In this document: piece after piece, positions 22,615 to 35,566 of the stretch
How positions within the stretch are numbered: the first letter of the stretch is position 1
How the letters are laid out: each line of letters starts with the position of its first letter
Assembly (NCBI GenBank): GCA_965240325.2
Contig: OZ251252.1
Span: forward strand, 186,001 to 250,000
Length of the DNA stretch: 64,000 nt
Direction of reading: 5' to 3'
Source: Rebecca billardiae RCC1528
Taxonomy: Eukaryota > Protista > Haptophyta
Position numbers and translations under genes: made by a program
Notes under the pieces: model-generated
Told to the model about the DNA's origin: nothing
What the model saw: the letters and a program-made list of their open reading frames with translations, nothing else
Databases searched by the model: none

Positions 22615-23451
22615 TCAGAGGTCGGACTCGACCGCCTGCAGGATCTTGTCGAGCTCGCGCGAGTAGAGCGTCGCGAGGTTGGCGACGAACCAGCACAGGT
22701 AGAGGCAGAGGCAGAGCGCGCCGAAGGTGGGGCGCATCTTGCCGCGGTAGCACCCCACGGCGAGCAGGAAGAGCGCGACGAACGCCAGATCGACCGTCAC
22801 GTCGACCGAGAGCTCGGGCGCCTCGACGACGAGCGGTGCGCCGCCCTCGAGCGCGCACTTGGCGGCGAGGGGCAGCGCGAACGCGACGAGGATGTCAAAG
22901 GTGTTGGAGCCGAAGGCCTGGCACACGGCCATGTCGGCCTTGCCACGCCGGCCGACCGAGACCGCGGCGAACACGTTGGGCAGCGACGTGCCCATCGCCA
23001 CCACCGTCGAGCCAATCAGCGTCGCGGGTATGCTCCACGCCTCTGCGATGTAATCGCAGAGGCCGCTCATTAAGAAGGCGAGCACGGCGAGCCAGCCGAT
23101 TGAGAGCAGCATGGTGAGCGGGAACCAGCCGTGCGCGCTGGCGGCGGTGCTCGGCATCATCAGCCAGAGCGAGGCGTGCAGCGGCAGGTGCAGCACGAAG
23201 AGCGCGCGCTCGAGCAGCGGCGCGCCGGGCGGAGGCCACTCGAGCAATCTGTCTGCAATCTCACCGCCGGCCTCGTCGCCCGGTTGGGTTGTGGCGAGCA
23301 GCGCGGCGGCCTCGGGGTCGGCGGAGGCGGCGGCGAGCGCGTCGGAGAGCGAGAGCGCGGCGTCAGCGGAGCCCTCCATGCCGAACAGGTCGAGCTGCGA
23401 CGGCACCGTCCACGCGCACGTCGCCGAGAGCATCGGCGACGGCGACGCGCT

Positions 23452-23482
<31 letters not shown>

Positions 23483-24478
23483 CGGCCGCCCGCCGATCGA
23501 TAGAGCGAATCGGGGCCTGCGGCGAACGACGCGCGCTGCCACGACTCGTCGACGGAGGCGCGGAGCGCGGCGGAGCCCGAGGGGAGCACGCCGCCGAGGG
23601 AGGAGCGCCGGCTCGAGCAGCCCCCGCCGCCGCCGCCACCCACCGCCGCCGCCTTGGACGACGCGGGCAACTCGTACCCGGCGCGGCGCGCCGCCGCGAC
23701 GTGCGCGGCGTGCGCGGCGCGCGCCTCGGCCGAGTCGCCGAGCTCGTGCACGAGAGAGGAGCAGGAGGCGGTGGAGGAGGCGGCGGAGAGGCCGCCGGCG
23801 CACGCGGCGAGGCCGGCGAGCGAGAACGCCTCCGGCCCCGCCTGCTGCCCGAGTCCGGACGTGCCCGCGACTCCGGACAAGTCCGGCTCCTCGCCGATAC
23901 CGGACGATGTCACCGAGTGGCCTCCGCCCGACGCGCCGCCAGTGAGCGCCCACAGGCTCGGGTCGGCGCAGCTCGCGCTGACGGAGGGGCGGCGGCTGGG
24001 CGGCCGCCGCGCCGTCGCGCCCGCGTACAGCGCGCCGCTCGGCTGCGCCGGGAACGCCAGCGGCGGCGGCACGACGGGCAGCGTTTCGTCATCCAGAGCG
24101 GAGAGGGCAGAGGAGATGGAGGCGGACGCAAGCGAGAACTTGTGCTTGAGCAGAGACAGCGGCCGCGCGCCGCCCTCGCCGTCGTGCGCGCCGGTGGCGC
24201 AGCCGGCGGCGGCGCCGCCCGCCGCGAGGTGCGCCGCGGAGCCCACGCACAGCGAGCGCGCGCGCCCCGCCGGGCTCGTGCTCGTGGCCGCGCGCGCGCG
24301 CTGCAGCGAGCCGGTGCGCTCGCCTGGGCCGGCGCCGCCCGCCGCCGCGGCGGTGCCGAGGCCGTAGAGACCGCCGCCGCCGCCGCCGACGCTGCCGCCG
24401 CGCATGCCTCCGCCGCCCATGCTCCCGCCGGCACACCCAAGCCCAACCCCGCCCACGCCCGCCGACGGGTCCTTCAGC

Positions 24479-24516
<38 letters not shown>

Positions 24517-25233
24517 CAGCCCAAGCAGGGGTGTGGACAGTGCGTCACACGCCGCGCCGCACGAGGCGGCGGCGGCGGCGGCGGCGGCGGGCGGCTCACG
24601 CCGCGCGCCGGGCGCGGGCGAGGGCGTCGCGCTCAGCTTCTGCGCCGGCGGCGTGCGCGGCGCGCTCATCGGCGCGATCGGCAGCGTCGGGCGCAGCCGG
24701 CGCCGGCGCGAGCGCTTGCTGCGAGGGCCACGGCGCTCCGAGCAGCAGCGGCGCGCGATCGCGCCGGTGCAGAGGCACGCGAGCACGTACGCGGCGTACG
24801 TGCCGATCAGCGCGGAGAGTTCCAGCGCGGTGAGCTGCCCGTCCAGCACCGTCAGCTGCAGCAGCCCCAGCGAGAGCACGTACGCCGCCACGTCGCGCAC
24901 GACGTATCGAAATTCGAGCGTCAGCCGGACGGCGGGCGGCGTGAGCAGCGCGGTGAAGCCGGAGATGGCGAAGATGTTGAACTGGAAGCTGCCGATGATC
25001 GTGCCCAGCCCCACCGGGTTCCCCTGGATCAGCGCGACCACGTGGCCGAACAGCTCGGGCGCGTTGAGGCCGGCGCCCAGGATGGTCGCCCCCGCCACGT
25101 CGTCGGGCATGTGCAGCCAATCGCAGCAGACGGTGCAGGCCGGGACGAAGAAGCCGTCGGTGACGGCGTGCAGGGCGTAGAAGATGTAGCACACCGCCAC
25201 CCACGCGAGCAGCGGCATCAGCACGGCCACCAT
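22615..25233 (-). CDS. Divergent CaCA-family (NCKX-like) cation/Ca2+ exchanger
   Basis: Intronless 872 aa. Alpha-1 DDVAGATILGAGLNAPE..GTIIGSFQFN, alpha-2 MGTSLPNVFAA..QAFGSNTFD, long low-complexity central loop. Confidence 0.88.
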
Positions 25234-25527
25234 CGCGCACGGAACCGACCGCCACGCCTCACGCGGCCTCCGCCATCAGCTGCGCCCTGCGCGACGGGCC
25301 GTTCGAGTCGAGCCCGGCCCCCCGAGCGGCGAGCAGCGAGTTCTCATTTTCATCAGCCCGGCCCGTTCGCGCCGTACAAAAAAGTCCGGGAGCTCCACAC
25401 CTCCGCTGCCAACTGCTCAAGCGGCGAGGATGGCGGTAGCCGCTGCGGCCGTCAGTCAGGCTGGCATCGCAGGGCTGAGCAGCCCACCACCTGGCAGCCT
25501 GTCCTCACGCCAACAAGCAGCGCAGAG

Positions 25528-28363
25528 TCAGACGCGATACCTCGTGCCTCCTGCGCCGCCCGCTGCCGAGTGCTCGCCCTCGGCGCCCGCCCCGTCGTAG
25601 TCCGCGGTCGGGGCGGCCGGCCCACCGCCCGCCGCCAGGACAATCTGCCACGTTTTCGCCAGCTGCGTGGCGAGCCGCTCCGCCGCGGCGTCGTCCCACA
25701 CGCCAACGCACGCGCCGCCGCCCGCCCGCGCCACGCCGGCGTGCGCGCCGCCCGCCGCCGCCTCCGCCGCGGGCCGCCACTTGCTGAGAGGCGCGACCGC
25801 GCGCTGCAAAGCCGGCAGAGCCTTGAAGAACGCGGCCTTGCTCGCGGCCGGCTGCGCGCACGCGAGCAGCGGGCGCACAAACGAGTGGCTGTCGCGCGCC
25901 GACTCGCGCGCGAGCGCCAGGCTCGCCTCGTCCTGCTCCTCCGACCCCTCCGCGCCGCCAGCGTCCAGCGCGCCAGCTCCAAAGGGCGCCCCGCCCGCGC
26001 CGCCGCCGCCGCCGCCGCCCGCGGCCGCCGCCGCCGCGCCGCCTCCGCCGCTGCCCTCGGCACCGCCGCCCTCGTCCGCGCCGTCCGGGCCGTCCGCGTC
26101 CGCCATGCTGGCGACCTCCACCAGCGCGTGCCACGAGAAGAAGCGCGCGGCGGAGGGCACGAGCGGCAGCGCGTGAGCCAGCCGCAGCAGCTGCGGCACG
26201 CTCAGCGACCCAGCCGCCGAGCCGGCGCCGCCGCTGCCGTGCGCGCCCGCGGCCGAGCCCGCCGCCCCCGCCGCCCCGGCGCCGGCGGCGCCGGCGGCAC
26301 CGGCCGAGCGGCGCGCGTGCGCGGCGCCGAGCAGCGCGAGGTTCTGCGCGTACGCCCACAGCTCGGGCGCGCGGCCCGCGCTCACGCGCCCGCCAAACAC
26401 GCGGCGGCACCAACTGCGGGCGGCGGGTTAGGGTTGGGGGCAGGGTTAGGCTCAGGCGCGCGGCGGGCGCGCGCGGCGCTCCTCGCAGGGCGCTGGCTGC
26501 GCGCGCGGCACAGCTGCCCGCGCGCTCGCGGGCGCAGGGGTGCGCCCGCCAGCCCGGCGGCAGTGGGCCGTCGGGCGCGCGGGCGCAGGCGCGGGCGCGG
26601 GCGCGCGGGCGCGCGGGCGCGCGGGCGCGGGCGCGCGGGCGCGGGCGCGGGCGCGCGCACCGGTTCGAGACGGGGAGTGTGTGTCCGCACGCGACCACGC
26701 GCGCCTTGTACTTGATGTGCGAGCCCGCGGCAGCGGCCGAGGCGGCGCCGCCGCCCGCGGCGCTCGGCCCGACGCCCGCGCCGCCGCCGCCGGCCGCCGC
26801 CGCCTCCCGGACTGCGTCTCGGACCGAGTCGATCACGAGAGACGCGCCGCGCGCGGTGCGGTGCACGACCGGCACTGTGACCGTAGAGGGCGCGGAGGAG
26901 GAGGCGCAGCAGCCGCCGCCGAGCGCGCCCTCGGCCCCGCGTGTGCCCTTCGCGCCGCCGCCCGCACCCGGCGGGGAGAGCAAAGAGGCGCTCCCCCCGT
27001 CGGCCGCGCCCGCCCGAACCTCGGCCGCGGCCGCGAGCGCACAGGCTTCGTGGCGGACGCGCTCGGTAGTGATGCCGACGGCGCGGGCGCAGCGCGCCGC
27101 CGCGGCGCGCAGCGGCGGCGGGAGCGCGCAGCACGCGCACGCCGGGAGGCACGCGCACAGCGCGCCGCCGCACCGCCGGTGCCGGCCGCGCCGCGCGCCG
27201 CCCACCGCGCCCGCGCTCTCGCCGGCTGCGCCCGCGGCCGCGCCGGGCCCGGCGGCGCGGCGCCCTGGCTGCTGCTGGCCTGTGGGCGGGACGGCAGCGT
27301 GGGGCGTGAGGGGCGCCAGCGGTCGCTGGCTGTCGTCCTCGTCAGCCGCGGCGCTGCGTGTCGACACGTCGTCGTCGATGGCGCCGACCCCGCCACCGGC
27401 GCTGTTGCTGCTCCCCGGCTCCGCCGCCGGCGTTGGCACGGGCGCGGCGCTCGCGCTCGCGCGCCCCGAGCGCGCCGCGGCCTCGGCGGCGGCCGCGGCT
27501 GGCTCGGCGCTCTGTGCGGCCGCGCGCCCGTCCAGCCGCCACGGCAGCGGGGACTGCTGCGCGGACTGAGTGGCCGCCGCCGCTGCGGAGCCCAATGGCG
27601 CGTCGAGCCCCAGGCACGCCGCGGCCCCCATCGGCGAGAGCTGCAGCCCCGCGCCGCCACCCGCAGCGCCGAAGCTACTGCTGCAGCTGCCGCCGCCGCC
27701 GCCGACGCCGTTGCACCCGTCGCCGCCGCCGCCGAGCGCGCCCGCCGCCGCGCCCTCGTGCCCTTGGGGCGCGCCCTGCGGCACAGAGGGCATGAGCGCC
27801 GCCGCGGCGCTCGCGTGGACACCCGCCGCGCCGGCCTGCGTGCACGTGGCGCCCACCACGCCGCCCGCTACGCTGCTGCCGCCGCCGCCGCCGCCCGCCC
27901 GCGCGCCGTCGGCGCCGCCCCGCTCCGCCGCTGCTGCTGCGGCCGCGGCCATCGCCGCGTCCGCTGCAGAGATGGGCGGCGGGCGCGCGGGCGCGCGCGC
28001 GCGCGGGTCAGCGCGCGCGGCGGCCTCGACCTGCTCGAGCACGCCCGTCGCGTGCAGCGGGCGCAGCGCCGCGTGCGCGCGCGCCAGCGCCTCCGCCCAG
28101 CCCTGCTGTTGCTTACGCGTGTCCGCGCCAAGAATCAGACTAGGCGGAATCAGACTTGCGCCGCCGGGCCGGCCGCGCGCGGACGGCGGCGCGTCGGCTG
28201 GGGGCAGCGCGGCGTGCACGGCGAGCGAGCGCTGCCCCGGCAGCACGGCGGGCCCGTCCATCGCCTCCACGCAAAGCACGCCAAGCGGCGCGCCCGCGCT
28301 GCGCGCTGAGCCGAAGAGCCAGACCGAGCCTCTGTCGAGCACGCACCACAACCGCTGCGCACT

Positions 28364-28398
<35 letters not shown>

Positions 28399-28703
28399 GC
28401 TCGGCGCCGACGGCTGAGGCGGCGTGCGCGGCGGCGGCGGCCACGTCGCCGCGCTCGCGTGAGATCGTGAGGAACCCATCCGTCCGCACGTCGCACCCGA
28501 GCTGCAGCCGCTGCCGGTCGGCCGCGACGCTCGCGCCGGCGCCGGCGCCGCCGTCAGCGGCCGCGTGCTCGAGCGCGCGCGTCGACCAGAGGGCGGTGCG
28601 CCTGATGCGCGCGGCGAGGAGGGCGTCGAGCCACGCGCGCGCATCCGCGCCGTCCACCGCCTGGAACGAGTGCAGCTCGTCCGCCGCGCCCAGCTCGAAG
28701 CGC

Positions 28704-28745
<42 letters not shown>

Positions 28746-28933
28746 ACGACTCGGATGAGCCAGCTGCCGTCGAGCTGCGCGCGGCCCTTCGGGCGGCCTC
28801 CGGGCGAGTCGGCCCAGACGAGGAGCGAGCCCTCGAGCACGACCCAGCGCCGGTGCCACTGCTTGAAGCCGTGCGGCCCCTTGGACGCCTTCTTCTTGAG
28901 CCAGCCCGACTTGGACTCGTCCACGTCCGCCAT
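25528..28933 (-). CDS. Tandem PH-domain protein with long Ala/Gly-rich regions
   Basis: KSGWLKKKASKGPHGFKQWHRRWVVLEGSLLVW..ARAWLDAL, and a second PH-like domain DGFLTI..RLWCVLDRGSVWLF..QQGWAEAL. One intron at about 26660-26415 joins the 25528-26400 frame. Confidence 0.75.
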
Positions 28934-29399
28934 CGTCCAGGAGGAGGGCGTACGCACCCGCGCCCCGAGCGAGAATCGAGATGGAGATCTTCGCGACTTA
29001 TGATGCAATATTCATCAAAAGGGGAGCCAGTTCTGTTTCCATATTGGGCGATGCGATCAGGCTTGTAATAAAAGCCTGAATTCAGCGGGTGTTGCTTGAC
29101 AGAGATTTCGATCTGAGCGGGTCGCGTGGCCGATTCAAGTAGGTGAACGTACCCACATGCTCCCTCTCGAGAGTTGTCGTTGCGCATCTCCGACCGCTGA
29201 GGGCAGCCCCGAGACCCCCAAGCCGTGCCCGTGGGCGGGCGCGAGACATGTCAGCCGCCGCGGCGAATATGCGGCGCAGCACCGCGGGCTCGCCGGCGCA
29301 CGGGGCCGCCGACCGCAGCCAGCAGAATACACCGGTGCGCCCGCGGGCCCTCCTGCCGCGCCCAGCGCGTGCGCGCCCGCGGCGCGGCACTCACGCCAT

Positions 29400-30140
29400 A
29401 TGGCCCGGCTTGTTGCGCGCCGCCAGTCTCAGATGAACCGTATCAAGGCGAAGGGCCCGCGCACGCCGGTGCAGAAGCTGATGGAGCACCTGCAGATCCC
29501 CGTGCAGCCGCCCTCGCTCAACGAGGCGGACATCCTCAAGGCGCGCGACGCCTTCATCGAGTGCGACACGGACGGCTCCGGCTACCTCGAGGCGGAGGAG
29601 CTGGTGGGCATCCTCAAGCGGCTCGGGATCGACATGTCGCTGCACAAGATGAAGGAGCTGATGGAGCCGTACGATCTGAACGGCGACGGCAAGCTGGTGC
29701 GCGCGCCGCGCGCCGCGCGCTCGCCCACCCGGCCCAGTGGCCGCCGCCGCCACTCGCTCACGGTGCGAGCTGTGCTGTGCTGCCTGCCCCTGCCGCCTCG
29801 GCCGCAGGACCTGCGAGAGTTCATCCACGTGATCGGCACGAACTCGTTCGACTTGAAAGGCAAGGCGCGCGACGAGCTGCACACCGACGCGCTCATCGAC
29901 ACGCTCGGCATCGCCGACGAGTCCGCGATCCGCGAGCGCGTGCTCTCAGGCGCCGCGGAGGCGGCGGCGAGTGACAGCCCTGCGCGCACCGAGCGGATGG
30001 CGCCGGAGAAGCTCGCGGACCTGGAGGAGAGGCTGCGGCACGACTTCGGGCTGCCCGTCAGCGTGACCGACGTGATCCCGCCGCCCGTGACGGAGGAGAA
30101 GCTGCGGCAGTTCCTGCTGAGCGAGCGGCTGCAGCGCTGA
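29400..30140 (+). CDS. EF-hand (calmodulin/centrin-like) Ca2+-binding protein
   Basis: EF loops DTDGSGYLEAEE and DLNGDGKLDLRE, the second after removal of in-frame intron 29697-29807. Confidence 0.85.
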   Translation: MARLVARRQSQMNRIKAKGPRTPVQKLMEHLQIPVQPPSLNEADILKARDAFIECDTDGSGYLEAEELVGILKRLGIDMSLHKMKELMEPYDLNGDGKLVRAPRAARSPTRPSGRRRHSLTVRAVLCCLPLPPRPQDLREFIHVIGTNSFDLKGKARDELHTDALIDTLGIADESAIRERVLSGAAEAAASDSPARTERMAPEKLADLEERLRHDFGLPVSVTDVIPPPVTEEKLRQFLLSERLQR

Positions 30141-31684
30141 CCGTGTGCCACACGATCGGTGGGCGCGCTGGCTGCCACAAACGTCAACGTGCGTGATGGC
30201 GCCAATGTCAGATCGAGCCTCCGGATGGCTGTCGTGAGACTGCTGTCCGATATGAACATGAATAACTCAGATCGCGAGTCACCCGTCGTCGTCGTACAGC
30301 CACCGTAGTAGCGTGTCGTCGCCAGTATATATATACTGCTACTGCTACCGCACCGTCCGCCGCCTCACGCCTGAACTCGCCGCGCGCGAGCGCGTGCGTC
30401 ACGAATATGACACGATGCTGCCGGCGCGAGCCGCCAGGTGGGGGCGCGTCATCCCTGGCATGGACTGGCTCGCCTCCTGAGCGCGGTCGAGCTCTCCAAT
30501 CGAGACTCACCACCCTGCACACTCGACCCGACCGACGCCGGCGTTGATCCAGAGTCGGCGGCACGGGCCTGGTATGCGCACGCGCGTACCGCCGAGTGCG
30601 GGGATGATTTGCGAAAAGCAGCCAGGTGGGATTGCGCCACGACTCACATTCTGTCTGCTCCTCCGCCCGCTCCCTCTTCCCGCGCGCGGATCGCGCGTGC
30701 GCAGCAGGATTGTGTTGGCAAGGCTCTCGGGCAGCCGCCTGGACTGCAACCGGGTGCCTCGCGGGCGTGGTCGGCGACAGTCGAAGCCGTCTGGCGGCGC
30801 GCGCGGCGTGCGCGGTGAGTGGCCAGTACCTGGTCTTCGCACCCACCGCGCGCGTCGGTCTCCAACGCCTTCCTTCAGTCCCAACACGGGGGCCGTTTGC
30901 TGAGCACGTGTCGTCGTCTCTGGGCGCCGCTACGTGCTGCTCTTTGAGCACGCGCTCTGGCCGAACGCGAGGGTGCGCATCCTCGCGCGCGCGCCACGCG
31001 ATTCAATACCGCATATGCCACCTCCGCACGCGCGCGTATCACCCTCACCGTCCCGCACGCTCCGCTCGGCAACGCGTCGCGTGCGCAGGCTCGCATTCAG
31101 TTGGTCGGCTCAGCTCATTCTCTGCGCGCATGCGACGAGAAGGCCCTCAGCCGCGCACGTTGTTGCCTTCTCGATGTCGCCCAGCCATGGCGAGTGCGCG
31201 CAGCAGCACACCGACCATCTCGAACCTGTTCACACCAGCACGCGCGCGCGCGCTCGGGCCGTCGCTGCACTGTTTCGGCTGTCTCGAAAGGGCTGCCTGA
31301 GCTGCGCAGAGCGGCGGCGGGCGCGCAGACCCTGGTGGCGTTGTCCGCCCTGGTCGTCGGCACGCGTGCTGCCGAACGAACCCAACAAACGCGTCGCCTG
31401 CAGCACGTCTGGATCGGCGTCACGGAGCCATTTGCGGATGGCCGGTTTGGCAGTCGTGCCCGGCGCTGCGCACCGACCCCGAACGGAGGCCCGCGGGACC
31501 CAAAATCAGGGTCCGACGCACGGCGGTTGGGGGGCAGGGACCTGGCTCAGACCACGAGTCCGCCAGCCCGCCCGAGGTAGCCAGTGATGTCCGACGCGTC
31601 AGGCTGCGCCTGCTGACGCGCGATTACAGCGTTTTAGCGCTGAGTTTGCTCGGTCCGTCAGTGGGGCCGCCCCGTAGTAATATA

Positions 31685-31689
<5 letters not shown>

Positions 31690-31731
<42 letters not shown>
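31690..31731. repeat. (TA)n microsatellite
   Basis: Directly visible. Confidence 0.98.
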
Positions 31732-31733
<2 letters not shown>

Positions 31734-31859
31734 ACTTATTATACTATTTATTGACAGGGCTACTAATTAATATGATGATGCGGCGCGCTGGCTTGAGAAT
31801 GAGATGCGGCGGCGGGTACTGGACACCGCGCGCGGCAGCGTGCGGCCGGCGTGCGGCCG

Positions 31860-34800
31860 CTACCGCGCCGCCGCCGGCTGCGCCGCCGGCCGCTGCTCGT
31901 CCGCCTCGCCGCGCGTCCACATCGACTTTCCGTACAGCTCGTTCACGTACTCGCGCGCAGACGGCGAGTCGTCGAGCGGCAGTGTCGCGACGGTGAGCGT
32001 GCGCTGCTCGGCCGTGCGGTGCAGCAGGCCCGGGCGGTGCTGGTCGAGCATCTCGTCCCACGGGAGATCCTGCGGCCGGCGGACGGGCGGGTGGTACGCG
32101 CGCGTGTGTGTGTGTGTGTGTGTGCGGCGCGGCTTCGCGCGCGGGCGCCCCGACGCTGCCGCGCGAGGCAGTCGGGCGGCAGCGGGCGCGCGCAGCCCCG
32201 CGTCACGCGCCGCCGCCTGGGGCCGCACGCCGCCAAGGGTGCCTCCGCGCCGGCGCGCGCGCCCCGCGCCCTCTTGGCCGCGCGCCGGGCAGGGCGCACC
32301 TCCGAGTAGGTGTAGGGCGCCACGCCGTCCAGCTCGAGCAGGTCCACCCACGCCACGTCGTATCCGAGCCGCTTCACCGCGCGCACGTACCCGCCACGCG
32401 TTTCGTCAATTGGGTGCCGCGGCAGCGTGGAGCACGCGTGCACGACCGGGATCCCCATGTGCGCCTTGAGCGCCTCGGCCTGGCGCATGATCTCGGCCCA
32501 GAGCGGCTGGCGGTACCCACCCGACGTGAAGAAGAGCGCGTCGCAGTAGATCACCGGCTGGCGCGAGTCCGAGCGCACAAGCAGCCGGATGAGCGAGCGC
32601 GCGAGCACGGTGCCGGCCGCCTCGTCGGTGACGATCAGCGCGCGCACGTGCGACTGCAGCGCGTAGCCCATCAGCGCCTGCGGGCGGAGGGGGCGGCGGG
32701 GGCACAGCATGACTCGATGCTGCAGCATGGCTGCCGCCGCCGCGCGGCTCGGCGGCCACCGCCGCGTCCGCCGGCGCCGCCGCCCGCCGCGCGCGCGGGG
32801 CGCGGCACCTTGTTGAACTTGTTGCCCATCGTCGAGGTGATGCGCAGGCAGCTCCCCGCGTCCTCGCCCACCATGAAGAGCGTGCGCGCGCTGTTGCTCC
32901 CCGGACAGTCCGGGTGGTACCATCGGCCGAGCACGGCCGCGTCGATGGCGGCGAGGTGTCGCGCGTTGGCCGCGTCGCGGCGTCGGATGTCCTGCGTGCT
33001 CTCCTCCGAGCAGCCGAAGAGGGAGCGGAGCCAGCGCTGCACCACGGGCGCCATCTCCTGCGCCAAGCGCGCACGCGGGCGGGGGCACCAGCCGGCGGGC
33101 GCCGGGCCGAGGCGCCGGGCACGAGAGCGCACGCGCGCGCGCGCGTGAGCGCGGCGCGTGGCACGCGCCGCGCCGCGCCGTAGGGTTAGGGCTGCCGTAG
33201 GGTTGTGAGCGCGCGCGCACGGGGTCTGCGAGGTTGTCCTCGTAGTACCGGAAGAGCAGCTCCGGGTTGCGCCAGCGCAGCATCGCCTCGTTCACCTCGG
33301 CCGCGCGAGATCCAATCTCGTCGGCGGGCGCGCCCAGCAGCACGCCGAGCGCCGCGTGCGCACCCTGCTGCACGAGGGAAGGCGGGATGGCGCGGAGGCG
33401 CGTGCGCGCGGCGGCGGCGAGCACGGCGTCGTGCCGCACGAGCTGCGCGCGCACCTGCGCCGAGACGCGCCCCGTGCGGCTGTACAGCCCTGCGGAGGTC
33501 GCGTCGCGCAGCGACTGCAGAAGCGTCGTCTGCGCCTGGATGCACTTGACGGCGCCGAGCAGCTGCTGCCCCTGCAGCCCCGCGCGTGAGAGGCCCACCA
33601 TCGAGCCGACCAGCCGGCCGACGTCCGCGATCGTCGCCCACATGTACGCGCGCGTCGTCGCCTTGTGCACGAGGAACTGCGTGCGCGGCAGCCCCTGCGC
33701 CGCGCGCGAGGCGAGCGCGCGCTTGAACAGCAGGTCGAGCATCCAGTACAACAAAGACGAGACGGTCTTCTCCGCGGGGCTCGCCTCGGCGAGCGCGCAC
33801 AGCAGCAGCGGCACGCCGGACACGTCCAGGTCGAGCGGCGCCTCGAGCTCGTCGTCGTCGTCGTCCTCGGCCTCGGCCGCGTGCGCGGCGGCGGCGCCCG
33901 CGTCGGCCTCGCCGGGCTCGGCGGCGGCGGCGCGCGCCCCCGCCGGCGCGTCCTCCGCCGCACGCAGCGCGGCCGCCGCCGCCTCGATCGCGGCCGCGTG
34001 CCCGCGCGCCAGCCCGCCGTCGTCCGGCGGCTGCTGCGTCTGCGCGGCGAGATACGCAATCTGGAGATACGGGTACACCATCCGCATGCGCTCGTACGCG
34101 CGCAGCTGCACGTCGTCGGCGGCCGCCGGCCCGCCCGCGCCGCCGCCGCGCGCCGCGGCGAACTGCTCGGCGGCGACGCCCGCCGCGTCCTCGAACGCGG
34201 CGCGGATGTCCACGCACTCCACCAGCTCGAAGAGCGGCGAGGAGCGCGCGTACGCGCCCGCCGCGAGCACCTCGAGCGCGCGCGTGCGCTGGTCCGTCTT
34301 AACCTTCTCCACGACCAGCCGCGTCGCCCAGAGCAGGTCCGAGCTCATCTGCAGCGCGCGCGCGCCGCGTCGGCGCGGGCGTGTGTGCGTGGGGCGGCGA
34401 GGGGGCGTGGGCCGGGTGGGTCCGGGGATGCGAGCGGCCGTGCCTTCGCGCGGGCGCACCTGCCGGGGCAGCGTGCAACCCTATCCTCCCCTTCACCCAC
34501 CCCAACCCTCGACCAGCAGCACAGCCCTCCCCTCCCCTTCACCCACCCCAACCCACCCTACCCTAACCCTACGCACCTGCCGGGGCAGCGTGAGGTACGC
34601 GACCAGCAGCACTCGCACCTGCCGGGGCAGCGTGAGGTACGCGACCAGCAGCACAGCCCTCCCCTCCCCTTCACCCTCCCCTAACCCTACCCTAACCCTA
34701 CGCACCTGCCGGGGCAGCGTGAGGTACGCGACCAGCAGCACAGCCCTCCCCTCCCCTTCACCCTCCCCTAACCCTACCCTAACCCTACGCACCTGCCGGG

Positions 34801-35566
34801 GCAGCGTGAGGTACGCGACCAGCAGCACAAACAGCTGGTTGAAGCAGCGGCGCGCGTCGCGCGCGAGCCAGCCGAACGGGCGCGGCGGCATCGAGTCGAG
34901 GCCGAGGTCGGCGTCGCCCTTCTCCAGCCGCTTGAGCATCGGGTTCAGCCCGTTCTTCTTCGGCACGAACTTGGCGCACGCGTACAGCTTGGCGTGGCGC
35001 GTGCGGACGCCGGCGAGCAGCGCCGACACGGCGCGGAGCGTGGCGCGCACGGAGGCGACGGGCTTGGCGTCGAGCATGGTGCACGCCGCCGGGTCGGCGG
35101 AGGCCTCCCGCCGCGCCTGCGCGTCCAGCTCGTCGTACGGCGCGAGGATCGTCGACGCCACGTGGTCGCGCCACGCCCACGCGTCCTCCCGCCATTCCTC
35201 CAGGCCGGTCGACACCTCCGCGGCGGCGAGGAAGTCGTACGCGGCGGTCTGGCCGATGACGGGCGTGGGGACGGAGAGCAGCATGCGCACCATCTCGCGC
35301 ATCACCTCCTCCGGCTCCGCGTCCGCGGGCGGCAGCGCCGGCCACGCTGGGTACCGGAAGCAGTCGTCGTCGATCTCCGAGCGCGCACCCGGCTCGGCCG
35401 GCGCGGCAGCGGCGACGCGCGCGCGGCGCGACGCGAGCCGCGGAGCGGCCGGGGCTGCGACGACGCCCACGGGCGATGCGGGGCGCGGCGTGCGCGCGCT
35501 CGCCGCCGGCAGCCCGACGACGAGCGCGCACAGCGCAAGCGCGCACCATGCCGCGCCGGCAGCCAT
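31860..35566 (-). CDS. Five-exon secreted or plastid-targeted protein of unknown function
   Basis: Signal peptide MAAGAAWCALALCALVVGLPAASA. Exons 35566-~34793, 34348-33221, 33057-32809, 32677-32300 and 32069-31860 splice in frame. C-terminal motifs GEDAGSCLRI..NKALMGY..LARSLIRLL..PVIYCD..GVAPYTYSE. Confidence 0.72.
34456..34828. repeat. Tandem repeat (87-bp and 42-bp units) duplicating an exon end and its 5' splice site
   Basis: GCACCTGCCGGGGCAGCGTGAGGTACGCGACCAGCAGCAC at 34573, 34615, 34702 and 34789, with a partial copy at 34456. Confidence 0.9.

Noticed and set aside
26426-26450. Telomere remnants (TTAGGG-like), also at 33181-33204
   Set aside because: Only 2-3 degenerate units inside introns. 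CCTAAC also matches a branch-point motif.
23131-26715. Very long Arg/Ala/Gly-rich ORFs (also 166-1626, 33267-36140, 36786-39212 and others)
   Set aside because: They are antisense or off-frame shadows of real genes, caused by stop-codon scarcity at very high GC.
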